From assembly GCA_977030845.1 (NCBI GenBank), contig OZ365114.1, positions 15,314,001 to 15,378,000 of the forward strand: a stretch of DNA of 64,000 nt, given 5' to 3'. The translations under genes were made by a program, and so were the position numbers. The notes under the pieces were generated by a model. That model made no database searches, was not told the origin of the DNA, and was given only the letters and a program-made list of their open reading frames with translations. Below are positions 12,292-24,000 of the stretch, one piece after another (the stretch's first letter is position 1; every line of letters begins with the position of its first letter). This DNA is from Fimbriosthenelais zetlandica. Its lineage: Eukaryota.

Positions 12292-13156
12292 TCTTCTAAA
12301 TGCTTCCATTCCTTAACTCTTATTATATTATATAAGTCATAATGAAGACTTTCCCTGAAGTAATTAACTGTCCATTTGTGATGGGAATGAGATGTACGAG
12401 ACAGAGTTGGCATTATTTCCTTCACATTATTTTGTACTGTGTTCACTGTGAAGCTTAATTGTGCTCTACTCGTGATTCATTATACTTGACGGTTCTTGTT
12501 GACTTTACATAACTACTAGGGAAGGTCCATCAATGAAATGTATATTTTTATATTATCGCTTGTTAATAATATAATATTATTAAAGCTATACCATGTTAGT
12601 TATATATAGGTACAATGCCTCGCCGTTATTAACATTATCCTCCTTAAAATATTATCCCATATCTAAAATATCGTGTATCATGAAACTGTTAAAAAAGCAT
12701 GTGCAAAGCTATTTTAGTAAACATCGAGATCCCCACGTTTCCCTAATATCTTTGGTTAGAATATTAGCATGAAGACAATCATTAAGTTCAAATGGGTAAA
12801 CGTGTCGCCATTCCTTGGGTAGCCTACTTGCTTTAAATCATTTGAAAGGGAAAAGCTATGTATTGGGCTTTGGTTCTAGGGATCTACATCACCTGATGCA
12901 TGAAGTCTAAATCATAGGATTCAGTATTGTGATAGGGACTCTTTTGAGCAAGATATAATATTTTGACTGTGTATACATGCTCTTGAAACAAATTTAATAT
13001 CTACAGCTTCCTAAATATTGTATAGTTATAAATACCTGCCTCTGTATATATGCGAAATATTGAGACTTACATGTTCATTGTTATTGTATATGCTTTATAT
13101 TATTATAGCTCTAAATCTACAAACTCTCTATTTTTAATGTGAAAATTTGTTTTAAT

Positions 13157-13162
13157 ATTAAA
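13157..13162 (+). terminator. Candidate polyadenylation signal (ATTAAA) of the arrestin gene
   Basis: ATTAAA at the end of an AT-rich 3'-UTR-like stretch of about 870 nt, followed by T-rich sequence. Confidence 0.35.
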
Positions 13163-13519
13163 TGACATTTCGATCTAATCCAGTAGTCTTTTATACGTTT
13201 TACATGTCTTACTACCCTACCTCCTGAACTCGTTACTGTGAAAAAGTGACAAGTTCAACAAAGCATCGCCCACGAAGTCATGCCATTTAAATTCAACGGG
13301 AATTCATTGAGGCACATGCCCTCTGCTGTATATATCCGGAACTAAATTGCTGGAAAACCTTTGACACAATTGCCATTGGTTGGTATGAATGTTGGTGAAG
13401 GAGTCACATCCTACTGAATGATTCAATTGAATGAGTTTATACTCTATTAGATTATCCAATGCTTATGGTCGGCCTATATTGTCCTTGCATAAATGATTTA
13501 TATCTACAATACTTCTACA

Positions 13520-14250
13520 CATAAGTTTCGCATTGGGTGGGGCACAGCATCAGCGATAGCACATTGTCACTGCAACCTGAGCACCCTCTCGTGCTTAAGA
13601 AGTACAACTGGCAAGGTACATCCCATGATTGAGCCTTGTTTCTATAACAACCGGTAGGTGGCTCCACAAGGCATAAGGTACTAAAGGGAATAATGGTATC
13701 CCCCTGTGCAGTATCCAAATCACGTTTTGGAAGCAGGTTCCCAGATGACTAGGTGGTTAGTTGTCAGGGTATTCCTACTTGAAGATATGAATTGCATTAC
13801 CCATGCCAGGTGGATAGATCTGCTGTTTTCTCTGGCCGTTTGCTGTATGACCTGGTTGTCTTTAATGAAAAAATCTTCTCTTTGCATCATTGACCTTGGC
13901 AACATAAACCCCAATTGGCCTTCAATCCAGTCTATACTCTGTGGACTGTGTTTAGAGCTTATATAACACTTGTGCTCATTTCCCAGTCATAAAGCAGGGA
14001 TTTAGTTGTTAAAAGGTTGTCTACAAGGCTCTAAGAGCCTTTGATCATCACATCTATGAACACAAGAACCCTCCTTCTCCCCCACTACTGCCCAGTCAAT
14101 GTTCAGCCCGAATTTGAAGGATGCCTTCTCACCTGAAGTGAGAAGCCTACATGCATCTCTGCACCCCCAGTGCTTCCACCCGTCCCTTGAGACATCCCAG
14201 AGGGGGTTGGACCTCTCAAGCTGGTTGCCTTTTCCATCCTCTACCACACC
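13520..14250 (-). mobile_element. Decayed non-LTR retrotransposon reverse-transcriptase fragment
   Basis: Track ORFs 14002-14247 and 13720-13914 share one minus frame. It reads ...EGQLGFMLPRS...QVIQQTARENSRSIHLAWV... (like the RT 'Q.GF..GRS....ARE......L..D' motifs) and later KQGSIMGCTL (like the 'QG/G..MG/GC' motif). Multiple stops. Confidence 0.4.
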
Positions 14251-16670
14251 CTGGAGGCTGGCTTAGCAACACGCTACTCACCCAGGAGGGATGAAGAGGT
14301 GTGGGAGTGTTAAGACAAAAAACACGGCTAGGAGAGGAAAGATGGGAATGGGTCATGAAGTAACACACAGAGGTTCCCCCGACATTCAAAAAGAGAGTAA
14401 CTAGCTAAATACAATGTACATTCTTTGTACATGCATCGATACAAAATACTTTGCTAGACATGACTATAGTAATTGCCAATAGTGTCACTGATTTTAGAGA
14501 CGGAGGAAATCCCTATGAAACGTAATACTAGGTCATTGTACAACAGTGCTTTAGCCTCGGGTTGTACAACGATAGGTATCATAGTCGACTATAAATTAAA
14601 TGTAAGTTGTGGAGAATTGGTCACCACAGAGGAATGTGGTTTAGGAGGATGAGAATCAAAAGCTGGGTGTAAAAGCAGCAGTTATAGTGGCCCTTATATT
14701 TGGTCGGTCATAGCGAGCAACTCGGAGGAGCAAGTGACCATCCACTGCATTATTGTACGGTCACTCGCTGACCACTCCTATTTGGGACTGTGATGAAGAT
14801 GGATGTACCCCTGGGTAGCTGCATCTGCTGGCCAATGGTCACCACTGACCAGCGCTTAAAGCTTGTTTGTGAAGCAAAACAATGGCAGCACGAGGCTATA
14901 TAAGCGATCAGGGACAAGTATATAAATCATTCATCAAAGCAGCCATGGGTGGGCCCCTACATTGGCCAACCTTACTCCAGGCAATATCCTGCCCAACTGT
15001 CACTCCCACCAAAGTATGGCCCTTTCTCTGCGATTGGCAGATTTCCTAGCTATATAGGCAGCCAGTGAATAGTCTAAAGTGGCATGAATATTATTGATGA
15101 GATTAGGGTAAATACTTTCCCTGGAACGATCAGTCTGCTGGTCACGAGGGCATACATGGACTGTGCTACAATTTTATCCCACTACAAACACAGGTCTTTA
15201 AACATGAGCATTAAAACGTCAGTGTAAAATGCTCAATGAGATATTCTTAGCCTTCTCCGTGAGGACATGTCCATTTCTAAATCAATATGCTCAACAATAT
15301 GTGTCATCTTTCATATTAAATTGTATAAATAAACGTTTCATTTTGGTCAAGTTCTAGAAAATGACTCTGTATCACTAACCATTGCCTGTTACGTATTAAT
15401 GTCATGTATCAGTCAATTGATGCCCTTAAACCTGAAGATACATGTGGGAGCCTCATAGACTGATTTACACCTTGGATCTTTAGGTCTTGGCCTTTGATGT
15501 CCTTTAATGGTCATGTCCACTTTCCCACCAAGAAAAATATGACAAGGCCTCGCAGCATCAAACATGACCTGTGAATGACAACTTCACGCCCTTCTACATA
15601 AATTTAATTCAACCTTTCTGTCATATACCCTATCGATAGACGACATAGATTTGTCTAATAATTATTTTAATATGCTATGAATCCAATATAGGCTATTAGG
15701 TTACACCAAAGATATATCATTTTCACAGATCCTGTCATAATACTGATAGTGTACAATTATTAGGAAAAGAGCGGGATGAGTTGTTATGACCAAGTTTTAT
15801 CAGCCTACCTTTTAAGTGCTGCTTCCACTTGTTTTAGACACTAAATGGGATTGACTAACACATTTTCATGGTTTGCTCAGCATTTCACCTCATCATGTCA
15901 CCAAATATTTTCCCAGCTTTTTGCCAAGTTCCCCGGGGGAAAGACACAAAAAGGTGTCCCTGGGAGAGTCAAGACCCCCATTACACCTCCTTTCCCTGCC
16001 TTCGATTTAAACCACAACCACCCCTTCTTCAACTCAAAAGTCTCTCCAAACTGAGAAGTAGAGGAAATGGGACAGTGTGCTGGTAAAGTCTGGGCCTCCC
16101 TTTTCAAAGGCTATCTCAGATCCTGCTGTTGATTGAATCTTGGCTGTTATTGTGAGGTGTGGAATGAGCAATGATACCAGTCTTTTCAATGTATGGCTGC
16201 TTCTTATCAGCTACATGACGAAGATGAGATGTTGACTGTGGCTGAGAGTAATGATTTGCGGTGTCGGAGGTCATTAAATCATCAATAATTTATCAGGCGC
16301 CCAGCGGGTGATGACCTGACCAAGCCATGAGTAATTGCATCAGGGAAAGAGTCTCCTCAGGGATGTCTTATTCTCTCCGATTGAATAACTCCTGCTCTGG
16401 CAGTCATTTACAAACGTCTTTCATGTAGGACACAGGATTTCCTCGAGCCTTTGCTTCAAGGCAAATGAACAGTCCTCATCGTTATCTTACTGGCCTAGAT
16501 TTAGATTTAGATATGGGTAGCTCTAGCATGAAGCAGGCACATGACTGTAGACATGAATTATGTCCCATGGCCATGTAATCATCTGTATCTAGATATTCCA
16601 CTTTCATCTTATGAAATGGTAACATTTGAAAGAAAAATCAACTTCACACACTTCTATAGAAATCTTAAAT

Positions 16671-16702
16671 ATAATTATTAAAGGGAATAATTATTAAAGG
16701 GA
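16671..16702 (+). repeat. Exact 16-bp tandem duplication
   Basis: ATAATTATTAAAGGGA twice. Confidence 0.9.
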
Positions 16703-19235
16703 CATCTTCCTTTTATGTCACATGTTGAACATGATGTTCTATGGGACATTTGTGAAGCAATGCAATTCAAATAATTATGAAAATGCTCAACTTTTGTGCG
16801 CAACTTTTTACTTTATCTCTTCCGATAGTTATAATAGCCTAAATAGGCCTACCTACGAAAAATTTCACAAAATTTACTACTTTATCCTTATATGGCTTTG
16901 GGTGAACGATTTTCTAGTAGCATCCCAGGCGGTTACTATTAGACTGTTACAATTTTCGTTATTCTCTAACAAAACCTCCTGTAACCAGTTATATTTTGTG
17001 CCCCCCACCCCCTCTAAGACACGGTGGATGTTCTGGTTCATGCTGTTTCACATAAAGGCACTTGGTTGAGGTGGGCACGTTTTGTTGTTACCTGTGTAGA
17101 GTGTGGTGACAGCCCAGCAGCCAGCAGGGACAGAAAATGTGGGTGTATCTATCATACTAGATCACAAAGACAATGGCCTTTTTCCCCCTGAAGAAAGATG
17201 GATCAGTCACCGTCTAGGTTACATGCAGCGTCATAATGGAGTCTATAAAGGGATCAGGTGGGGGCCATGCTAGACCTTATGTCCCTCAACAAAGCCCTGT
17301 TGTTAGGGCATAAAAACCATGAGTTACAATACAAATGCATTTGCCTATGAGGGCAAATCTTTTTGGGTACCAAGGTAAGGCAAGCCAAAGAAACTAGTGA
17401 CAGAGAAGAAATGGTATAGGTCAAAATGTCGGGGCTAAGGTTAAGGACACGAAACCATTAATCTGACCGCCACAAGGGTGAACACGATTCTTCTTAAAAG
17501 AAATGGAATGGGTTTGGCCTAAAATGACCTTTGAACACGCCTATTATGTCCCATTGATGATATTAAATTTATGTCCCAACTTGATTGTCCGACGATCGAG
17601 GTGTTGCTAACGACCTGGGCCATGGATATGTCTGCTCATTTACAAATTCTACGGTAAATCTATTAACATTGTGTGAATTTTTCAGAACAATGTATCATTG
17701 GTATCATTGACATTTATAACAGGAACATAGTAGGCTTTGTCGTGTCAGCGATATAATATTATACAGGTGAGGTCCAGGCCTATTGGTGGGTTATCTACTC
17801 AGCAATACATGTTGTATGTGTGTGTGCGCCAGTCTGTTTATTCTGCCAAGATTAAAAAGCCTTCACCAAAGAAGGACACAGTCCCAAAGGGCGCGAGCTA
17901 AAGGCGAACTGCTCCCCTTGTACTCAGCCTTGAAATGAAAGCCTTCCTGATGGATGAGGAGGGGTTAAGGCAAGGGCTTGCTTGGAAGAAAACTTATTGG
18001 TAGGAATTAAGTCTGTACCTAGGATAACTGAGCAATAAACATGGTTTAGCTGGAGTTTAAATCCATCGATACAATAAGGCAAAAGCTTCAGACCATCCAT
18101 TTTACCCAACCTCACTCTCGCTCATCATCAACTTCTCAGACCTGATCCTAGAATCAATTTACTCGTTTCATAATTATATAGTGTGACCCGTCTTGCAGAA
18201 AGGATGATTTGGGGTCAAATTTTCAATGTGTGCCTAAACTTTGGAAGGCCCAATCTTCACTTCTACTTGGATTTTTGATAAGATTTGTTTTTCACCAAAT
18301 TGTAGCAATTCCTCTTCCTCCATCATTCTGAATTTGCATTCTCTGTATGGTAGTGCGACGTTTGCCGCGCGGATAATCCTTTCCTTTAAGGCTTGTAATA
18401 TATTGTAGGGCCTATAGTGCCTATATTAAGAACTTTCACCATCGTGTTCCGCAGGTCATTTTCCACATTCACCTGCTTTCTTACTCATTCAATTGATATT
18501 TAATCGGGAACAAATTAGTTGGTGATCAGGACAGCCAATTTTACAGGTTTCAATTTGATTAGTCTAGGTCTAATCAAATTATTTGATGATCTTACTTGGA
18601 ATCCAAGGTTCTTCACATGTTCAATCCGTATTGGCGTACTATATACTTGGGAAATACCCTTAGTTGCTGACATAGCGTTAAACCTATACATGTATATACA
18701 TCTTTACCTGGACGTACTTTATTCTCCAATGTTCTTGACATTGCTTTTATTCATGCCGCATTCTCAAGTTTGAAGTAAATATTTTGCCTATATATATATA
18801 TACAGTCAGTGCCCCTGCATTGATCTTTGTTAGGGAATGGTATTTTATAGGCCATAATTACGTAATGCCTTCACAACCCCCACCCCCCACCAACCATTCT
18901 AAACGATGTTATACGGAAAGGCAAAGCTGACCTCAGTATAATCCAGTCCAGAATAACTATAGTAGTACTAGGCCTAGGCCAAGAAACCCACCATGTAGTG
19001 GTTTTTGCTTCTCTGACTCAATTAAGAAAAAGGAATTACTAAACTTAATATTTGGTGAAGAATATTCCTTAAAATTTCAAATTATACCAATAAAGAATTT
19101 GGTATCATGCCTAGGTGACCGCATCTATCAATTCCTGAATATGTAGGCCTATCATCATGCGAACATTGAGCCCAGCAAGAAACAGAATGTTTTTGTTTCC
19201 CTTATCTATGCTTTCGAGATCTGCTGTGGTCGACC

Positions 19236-19243
19236 TATATAAA
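19236..19243 (+). promoter_or_regulatory. Candidate TATA box
   Basis: TATATAAA in the context ACCTATATAAA, about 165 nt upstream of a strong donor at 19408. Confidence 0.45.
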
Positions 19244-19280
19244 TGTTTTTCTACACCAACCAATAGGATCTCAGATGTAA

Positions 19281-19407
19281 GAACTACGAGTACAAAGAGC
19301 GGGAACTGTATGGTTAGCAAATAAGGTCTCCAGCCGAATAGGCCTAACAGACAAGAAACAGTCGGACACTTTGTCTTATGGATCTTATCTATCCCCTCCA
19401 GGCGAAG
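19281..19407 (+). other. Exon ending at a strong phase-1 donor (start uncertain; first exon or internal coding exon)
   Basis: GAAG|GTGAGT at 19407/19408. The frame that continues into the 19766 exon is stop-free from 19281 (...DKKQSDTLSYGSYLSPPGE) but has no ATG. Confidence 0.5.
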
Positions 19408-19770
19408 GTGAGTCATGGCGAACAACCAAAAGTATTTTACATCATTTCTTCATTTATTTCTTATGATAACTTGAGCATCACTTATCAGCAATGCCAGCCA
19501 AAATATTGTAAAACCAGAATAATCCATTGGTGGAGTAGTAAGTCCTTGGATCTGGCCTACACGTACCATTGGATGGGCTTCTTACCCCGTATGATCTTGC
19601 CCATATACCATTACCAAAGCATTAGTGGGCCCTTTGCCCCAGACATGACACTTGCGCTTCCTTCCCCCTGCAGTATTTAGTTAGATTAACAGGGGCCTTA
19701 GTATAGGCCTATTCCATGATCAAAATATTTGAAATATTTTTAATTCGCTCATTTTTACCTAACAGCACTG

Positions 19771-20037
19771 ATGAGCCATATCTACCTGCATAACATCACC
19801 AACCCACACGAGGTGGCGAGACTGAGTTGTTTCATTTCACGAGCTGCTCTCATGTCCTATTTTCGGGGGAAGAGGCTGGGAAGGAGTAGTAGCAGCATGG
19901 GGCGCCAGGGCCGGGCGGTGAAGGAAACAAAACCATCGTCAGCCTCTGGATCCTTGAGCCCTCCAGATCCTAGTCTACTGATGCAGCAAGTGAAGCAGCA
20001 GCTGCAGAGAGCGTATCCAGTTGCCGACCACCACTGA
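19771..20037 (+). CDS. Orphan 88-aa ORF in a spliced exon (acceptor at 19765); small gene, terminal exon or uORF; ends in TGA-CTA
   Basis: Acceptor ATTTTTACCTAACAG|CA, in frame with the upstream phase-1 donor (GAA G|CA CTG ATG). It is the only plus frame open across 19766-20034. GC-rich, exon-like composition. No family recognised. Confidence 0.45.
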   Translation: MSHIYLHNITNPHEVARLSCFISRAALMSYFRGKRLGRSSSSMGRQGRAVKETKPSSASGSLSPPDPSLLMQQVKQQLQRAYPVADHH

Positions 20038-20359
20038 CTACCCGGAGTACAACCAACATGGGGAGCAGGAGTTGGGACTAGGAGGAGTAGGAGGAGGAGG
20101 AGTGGGCATGCAGGAGGAGGGCAGCCCAGTCAGTGCTCATCGGTCGCTTGTGGGAGGAGCACAGCTCCACTCCATTTAGGCCTAAGCCACAGCACATACC
20201 ATATACATATTACATATAACACATACAAACCCGACCTCACTCCTGGAGGAGACAAAGTTCCCTCTCATACCCAATTGTTTCTGGTTGAGAAGCTATAATT
20301 ACATTAACAACACGTGGATAATTATAGATCAAATATTTCATCCTTATTTATACCTGCAG

Positions 20360-20442
20360 CATCCAAAGAGGACCTTACATCATTGGTCCTGGAGGATTTA
20401 ATCCGTGACCAACAGGAGGAGAATTTTTACAAGTGTTCATAA
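20360..20442 (+). CDS. Candidate short terminal coding exon (phase 1; SKEDLTSLVLEDLIRDQQEENFYKCS*)
   Basis: Acceptor TCCTTATTTATACCTGCAG|CA ends at 20359. Same genomic frame as the 19771 ORF. TAA at 20440-20442, AATAAA at 20667. Confidence 0.35.
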
Positions 20443-20666
20443 TTTATTGTACCCGTGGATACAAATCATTTCCCCCCCTCGAACCTGCACTCCTTAAAGC
20501 TGGGGCCCTCCCCCATGCTTTTAAGGAGGAGGCGGTGGAGGAGGGGAGAAAGAAGAGCCAAGGCTGAAGGCAAAGAGGAGAAAAAGAAGCCCAAGAAGTA
20601 GAGGATTAAAGATTGGATATACATATAGCTGCTAGGCTGGTAAAGTGTCTTGTGACGGAATGTACT

Positions 20667-20672
20667 AATAAA
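20667..20672 (+). terminator. Candidate polyadenylation signal AATAAA
   Basis: Canonical hexamer followed by a GT/T-rich stretch (GGTCCTTGTTCTATTGGT), 225 nt after the 20442 stop. Confidence 0.4.
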
Positions 20673-20776
20673 AGGTCCTTGTTCTATTGGTATAAGGCGA
20701 GGAGGAGGTGGAGGCGAAGTAGCAAAGGTACGGAGAGCTGTGGAGAAATATTTTTCAAAAAAAATTAAGCAAAAAA

Positions 20777-21028
20777 ATGGCTGGTCGTTTTAAGTGGTGT
20801 GAGGAAAGCTCCGGCGGAGGATTGAGGGGTAGTTGTAGGATGAATATTTGTGGTGGTACACGATGGAATCCCCTCTTCCTTACCATCATTCTGGGATGTA
20901 CGTTCATGGGTCTATGGTCACCTGCTATGGCTGATCATCGATGTGACATACACAGTGCCTCAGAAACTTTCAAAGTCACCCATTCTTCAGCTTCTCTTCT
21001 CGAGCTGCATATCCGACAGAATCTTAAG
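20777..21028 (+). CDS. First coding exon (84 codons, phase 0) of a secreted or type-I membrane protein of unidentified family
   Basis: Strong start context AAAATGG at 20777 and a second in-frame ATG at 20840. Hydrophobic core PLFLTIILGCTFMGLW followed by an A-x-A cleavage-type site (SPAMA|DHRC). Donor AAG|GTAAAG at 21028/21029, after which composition becomes intronic. Confidence 0.75.
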
Positions 21029-24000
21029 GTAAAGTTGATTATCTATAAATATTATATAAGTATTAAGGTGTAATCAAAGTTATCGGATCCGATCACGTAC
21101 ATATAGTATCTTAATTAAATTGTCGCACTATGTTACACATTATACATTTCTGTGCCCAAATACTTGAAAATGTTTAGTATAGTGTATGTATACACTGTAA
21201 TACCATTAATTTGTAATCCTGTGCCTCTTCTTATTTCTTTTTCAATCTATGCATGTCATATGTTTAGCCACTTTCAGTTGATTGCATACCACTCCCATAG
21301 TTAGCAAATGAAATACAACTGCAATACTCGTTAATGGCTTCCTTACAGGTAGGTTGTACAGTGTAGAGCTTCCGCCGAGATTTCAAACCTAAGCCAATAG
21401 CTACGGGCTCATTATTACATAATCAAAATCACTAGGGCGGAAAGGTGAGAGGGAATTTATAGGTCAGCCATAAGATTCCAACACCCATCGTCAAATCACG
21501 TACATAGTAGTATGAAGTAGTGTATAAGAAAACAAGTCTGAATATGCAGCATGTGAATCCGGGTCAGATTTCGAGACCCAACAAACCATATTACCATAAT
21601 ATATATGAAAGGAAATTCAATGTATACATAGCTATAATATATCAGGGTAATGATTTGGATACATGTTACCAAACTCTGAATGATATTGCGTTACATATAT
21701 GTTCACTCCATAGCTAATGCTATTGTCCTTGTAAGTGTTGAACCTGGATTACACTAACCCGCTTGAGTATTATCTCCTTGATACTTTGACTCCATGCAGT
21801 CGGCATTATGACGCCTAAAAATAAATTTGTTTATGTCCATGGATTTTAAATGGAGCATATTTTGAAACAAAAATGTAGGCGGGGCATTATTACTTTTTCT
21901 TGCCGTAATGATTGGAAATGAAGAGAAAATTAAGTTAGTGTATCCAAGGTTTCATAAAGTTGCAGCTGATTACAGATAGTGAATTGTGCACACACGACAA
22001 GAGGCATGGCTCCCAGCGTCTGTTAATTTTGTATAAATCTGCATCCATTAAGTCGCCATCAGTCATATCAGTCCATGTGATTTTGAAAATCGCCATTTGG
22101 CAGGCCAGTGCCACTTTTGGCAATGAATCTAGATATTCTTTTTACTGCCACTGACTCACAATAGCATTGTGAAAGTTTGCAATGAACGGTAGGCACCATG
22201 AGAGTTTATCATTCATTAAAATGCACCAATGAAAATCCATGGATTTCCGCGCACGTTTCTTATATTTTTTGGAAAAGCGTTTTGGAAATTTTGATTTCCT
22301 ATAAAAGCCTGGCATTATTTGAGATAAAAATGTCATCCTTCTGGGATACTTTTTACATTTTTGCCTATTTACAATTTGTCTGTAACATTCCTTTCTCAAT
22401 TTATCCCCAAATCAAATATTATTTTAAAGGATGGGATGCAGCAATGTTAAAATTCCAGGAAGGCTCCAATTTAAGGAACAATGGTAACTTTAAGGAGCGT
22501 GTAACAGAGACAATGTTCAATTAAAAGAAAGTGTGGTTGGGAAGCCATGTTAAATTACAGGCATGATTTATGGGTGGGCAAAGTGGTGGATTCAGAGTTA
22601 TTCAGCAGATAGCGAAAGACCAAAGGAATAAATAGGGAAGGACAAGGCAGAGATATCATCAATGAATACAGAGATATTGTCATGCTCCACTCTATGCAAA
22701 CACTAGGTAGTTGCTGGCCAGGATTTTCGCTACATATATAATGCACAGGAAAAATTCCCTATCCATTGAGCCAGTGATCTGTCAAGTTTTAATGATGGTG
22801 ATTTCATTTATTCATTTGCTTTACATCTAGTGTCTAATTCTCAACACACCATTTCTACGAACTCTTAAAATTCTACTGGTCAGAATTATATAAAACAACC
22901 CTCAACTTTAGATATATTAATAATAATTCCCAATGAATGAAAACATGCATGATTATATTGCAATTTCATGAATAGATACCGAATTTGGGATTAAATTATA
23001 AATAGGAATACATAAATATTCCACATCTGACACATTGTTGTTGGGTCAGAAAATGATGTCATTTCCATCTGCCGCTTGTTGTATGTAATATATCAATGTG
23101 TATGTGAATGTGTCACACGCAACAAACAAGTACATTCACATCAATAGCCCATTTTCCACACTTAACACGTGACTTATCCCTTCGTTTGGCTCTCTTTTCT
23201 ATACATGATAGCCGCTCAACACTGGAGGCTACTGACCTCACGCCAGCTGTAAATGAGACCCAGCTCATTTACTCCCCCCCCCCCACCCCCACCACCCCAC
23301 TCCAACCCTCGATCCGCCACTACTCCAATCTATACAGCCATAAACATACAATTCCCAATTCAAATCATTGCATAACTCAATCTATTTTCATTTGATAAAC
23401 ATCTGCCCCGAGATCAATCAATTGCAAAAGTTGCAAATGGGAACCAAATGATAACATTCGAGCAACAATACGAATCAAACATTAAATAAAAAGAGAACAC
23501 ACACGTTGCCTAAGCTCACCTTAAAATAATACGATATAATTATATAAGAAGATTAGTTTCAATAATATTTCTTTAACAAATGATCAGCCCGGAGGGAGCC
23601 CGGCGGCGGGACATATCATAAATATTCAGGGGGAAATCATAATTTATTGTATGAGCATATTTACAGTATGACCCAAAACTGCCCATAATTTGGTTCATGT
23701 TGATTTTGAAGCCCGTTTCCCATCCAAGATAAATAGAAGTTCGCTGACTATTGCATGGTAATATACTCTTTTTTCGGCAAGCCTGTATGTTATAAATTTT
23801 GTTGGGAAAGGTTCCAGCACTGTTCCCTTTACATTTAATGATGGGACAGTTAAAGCCTTCACCCAACTCTGCTAACCCACACAACAAACGCTCTCTGCCA
23901 AATGATTGTTTTAACTTTAAGGTGCTTCCTGTATACATTGATCCAATCTATATAAAGAAATGTATCATTAAGCTTGTTAAGATTTTTCACAAGCACATCT

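Noticed and set aside
14025-14041. Histone 3' stem-loop-like palindrome AAGGCTCT-A-AGAGCCTT
   Set aside because: It has a 1-nt rather than a 4-nt loop, there is no histone ORF, and it lies inside a LINE remnant.
19350-19810. Resemblance of GEALMSHIYLHNITN to the end of a phospholipase C C2 domain
   Set aside because: The GYRH motif is absent and the similarity covers only a few residues.
19767-20070. Alternative plus frame that reads well if TAA/TAG are Gln
   Set aside because: The arrestin gene ends in a normal TAA, so there is no code reassignment. Four separate stops make a functional frame unlikely.
20035-20700. Selenocysteine interpretation of the TGA at 20035 (GTGA-N11-AA near 20652)
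   Set aside because: The 11 nt after GTGA do not pair with the sequence before the next GA, so no SECIS helix II forms, and the protein shows no redox motif.
20945-21028. Resemblance of the mature N-terminus to ADAM prodomains or cadherin N-termini
   Set aside because: Only a loose hydrophobic pattern; spacing from the signal peptide and diagnostic residues do not fit.
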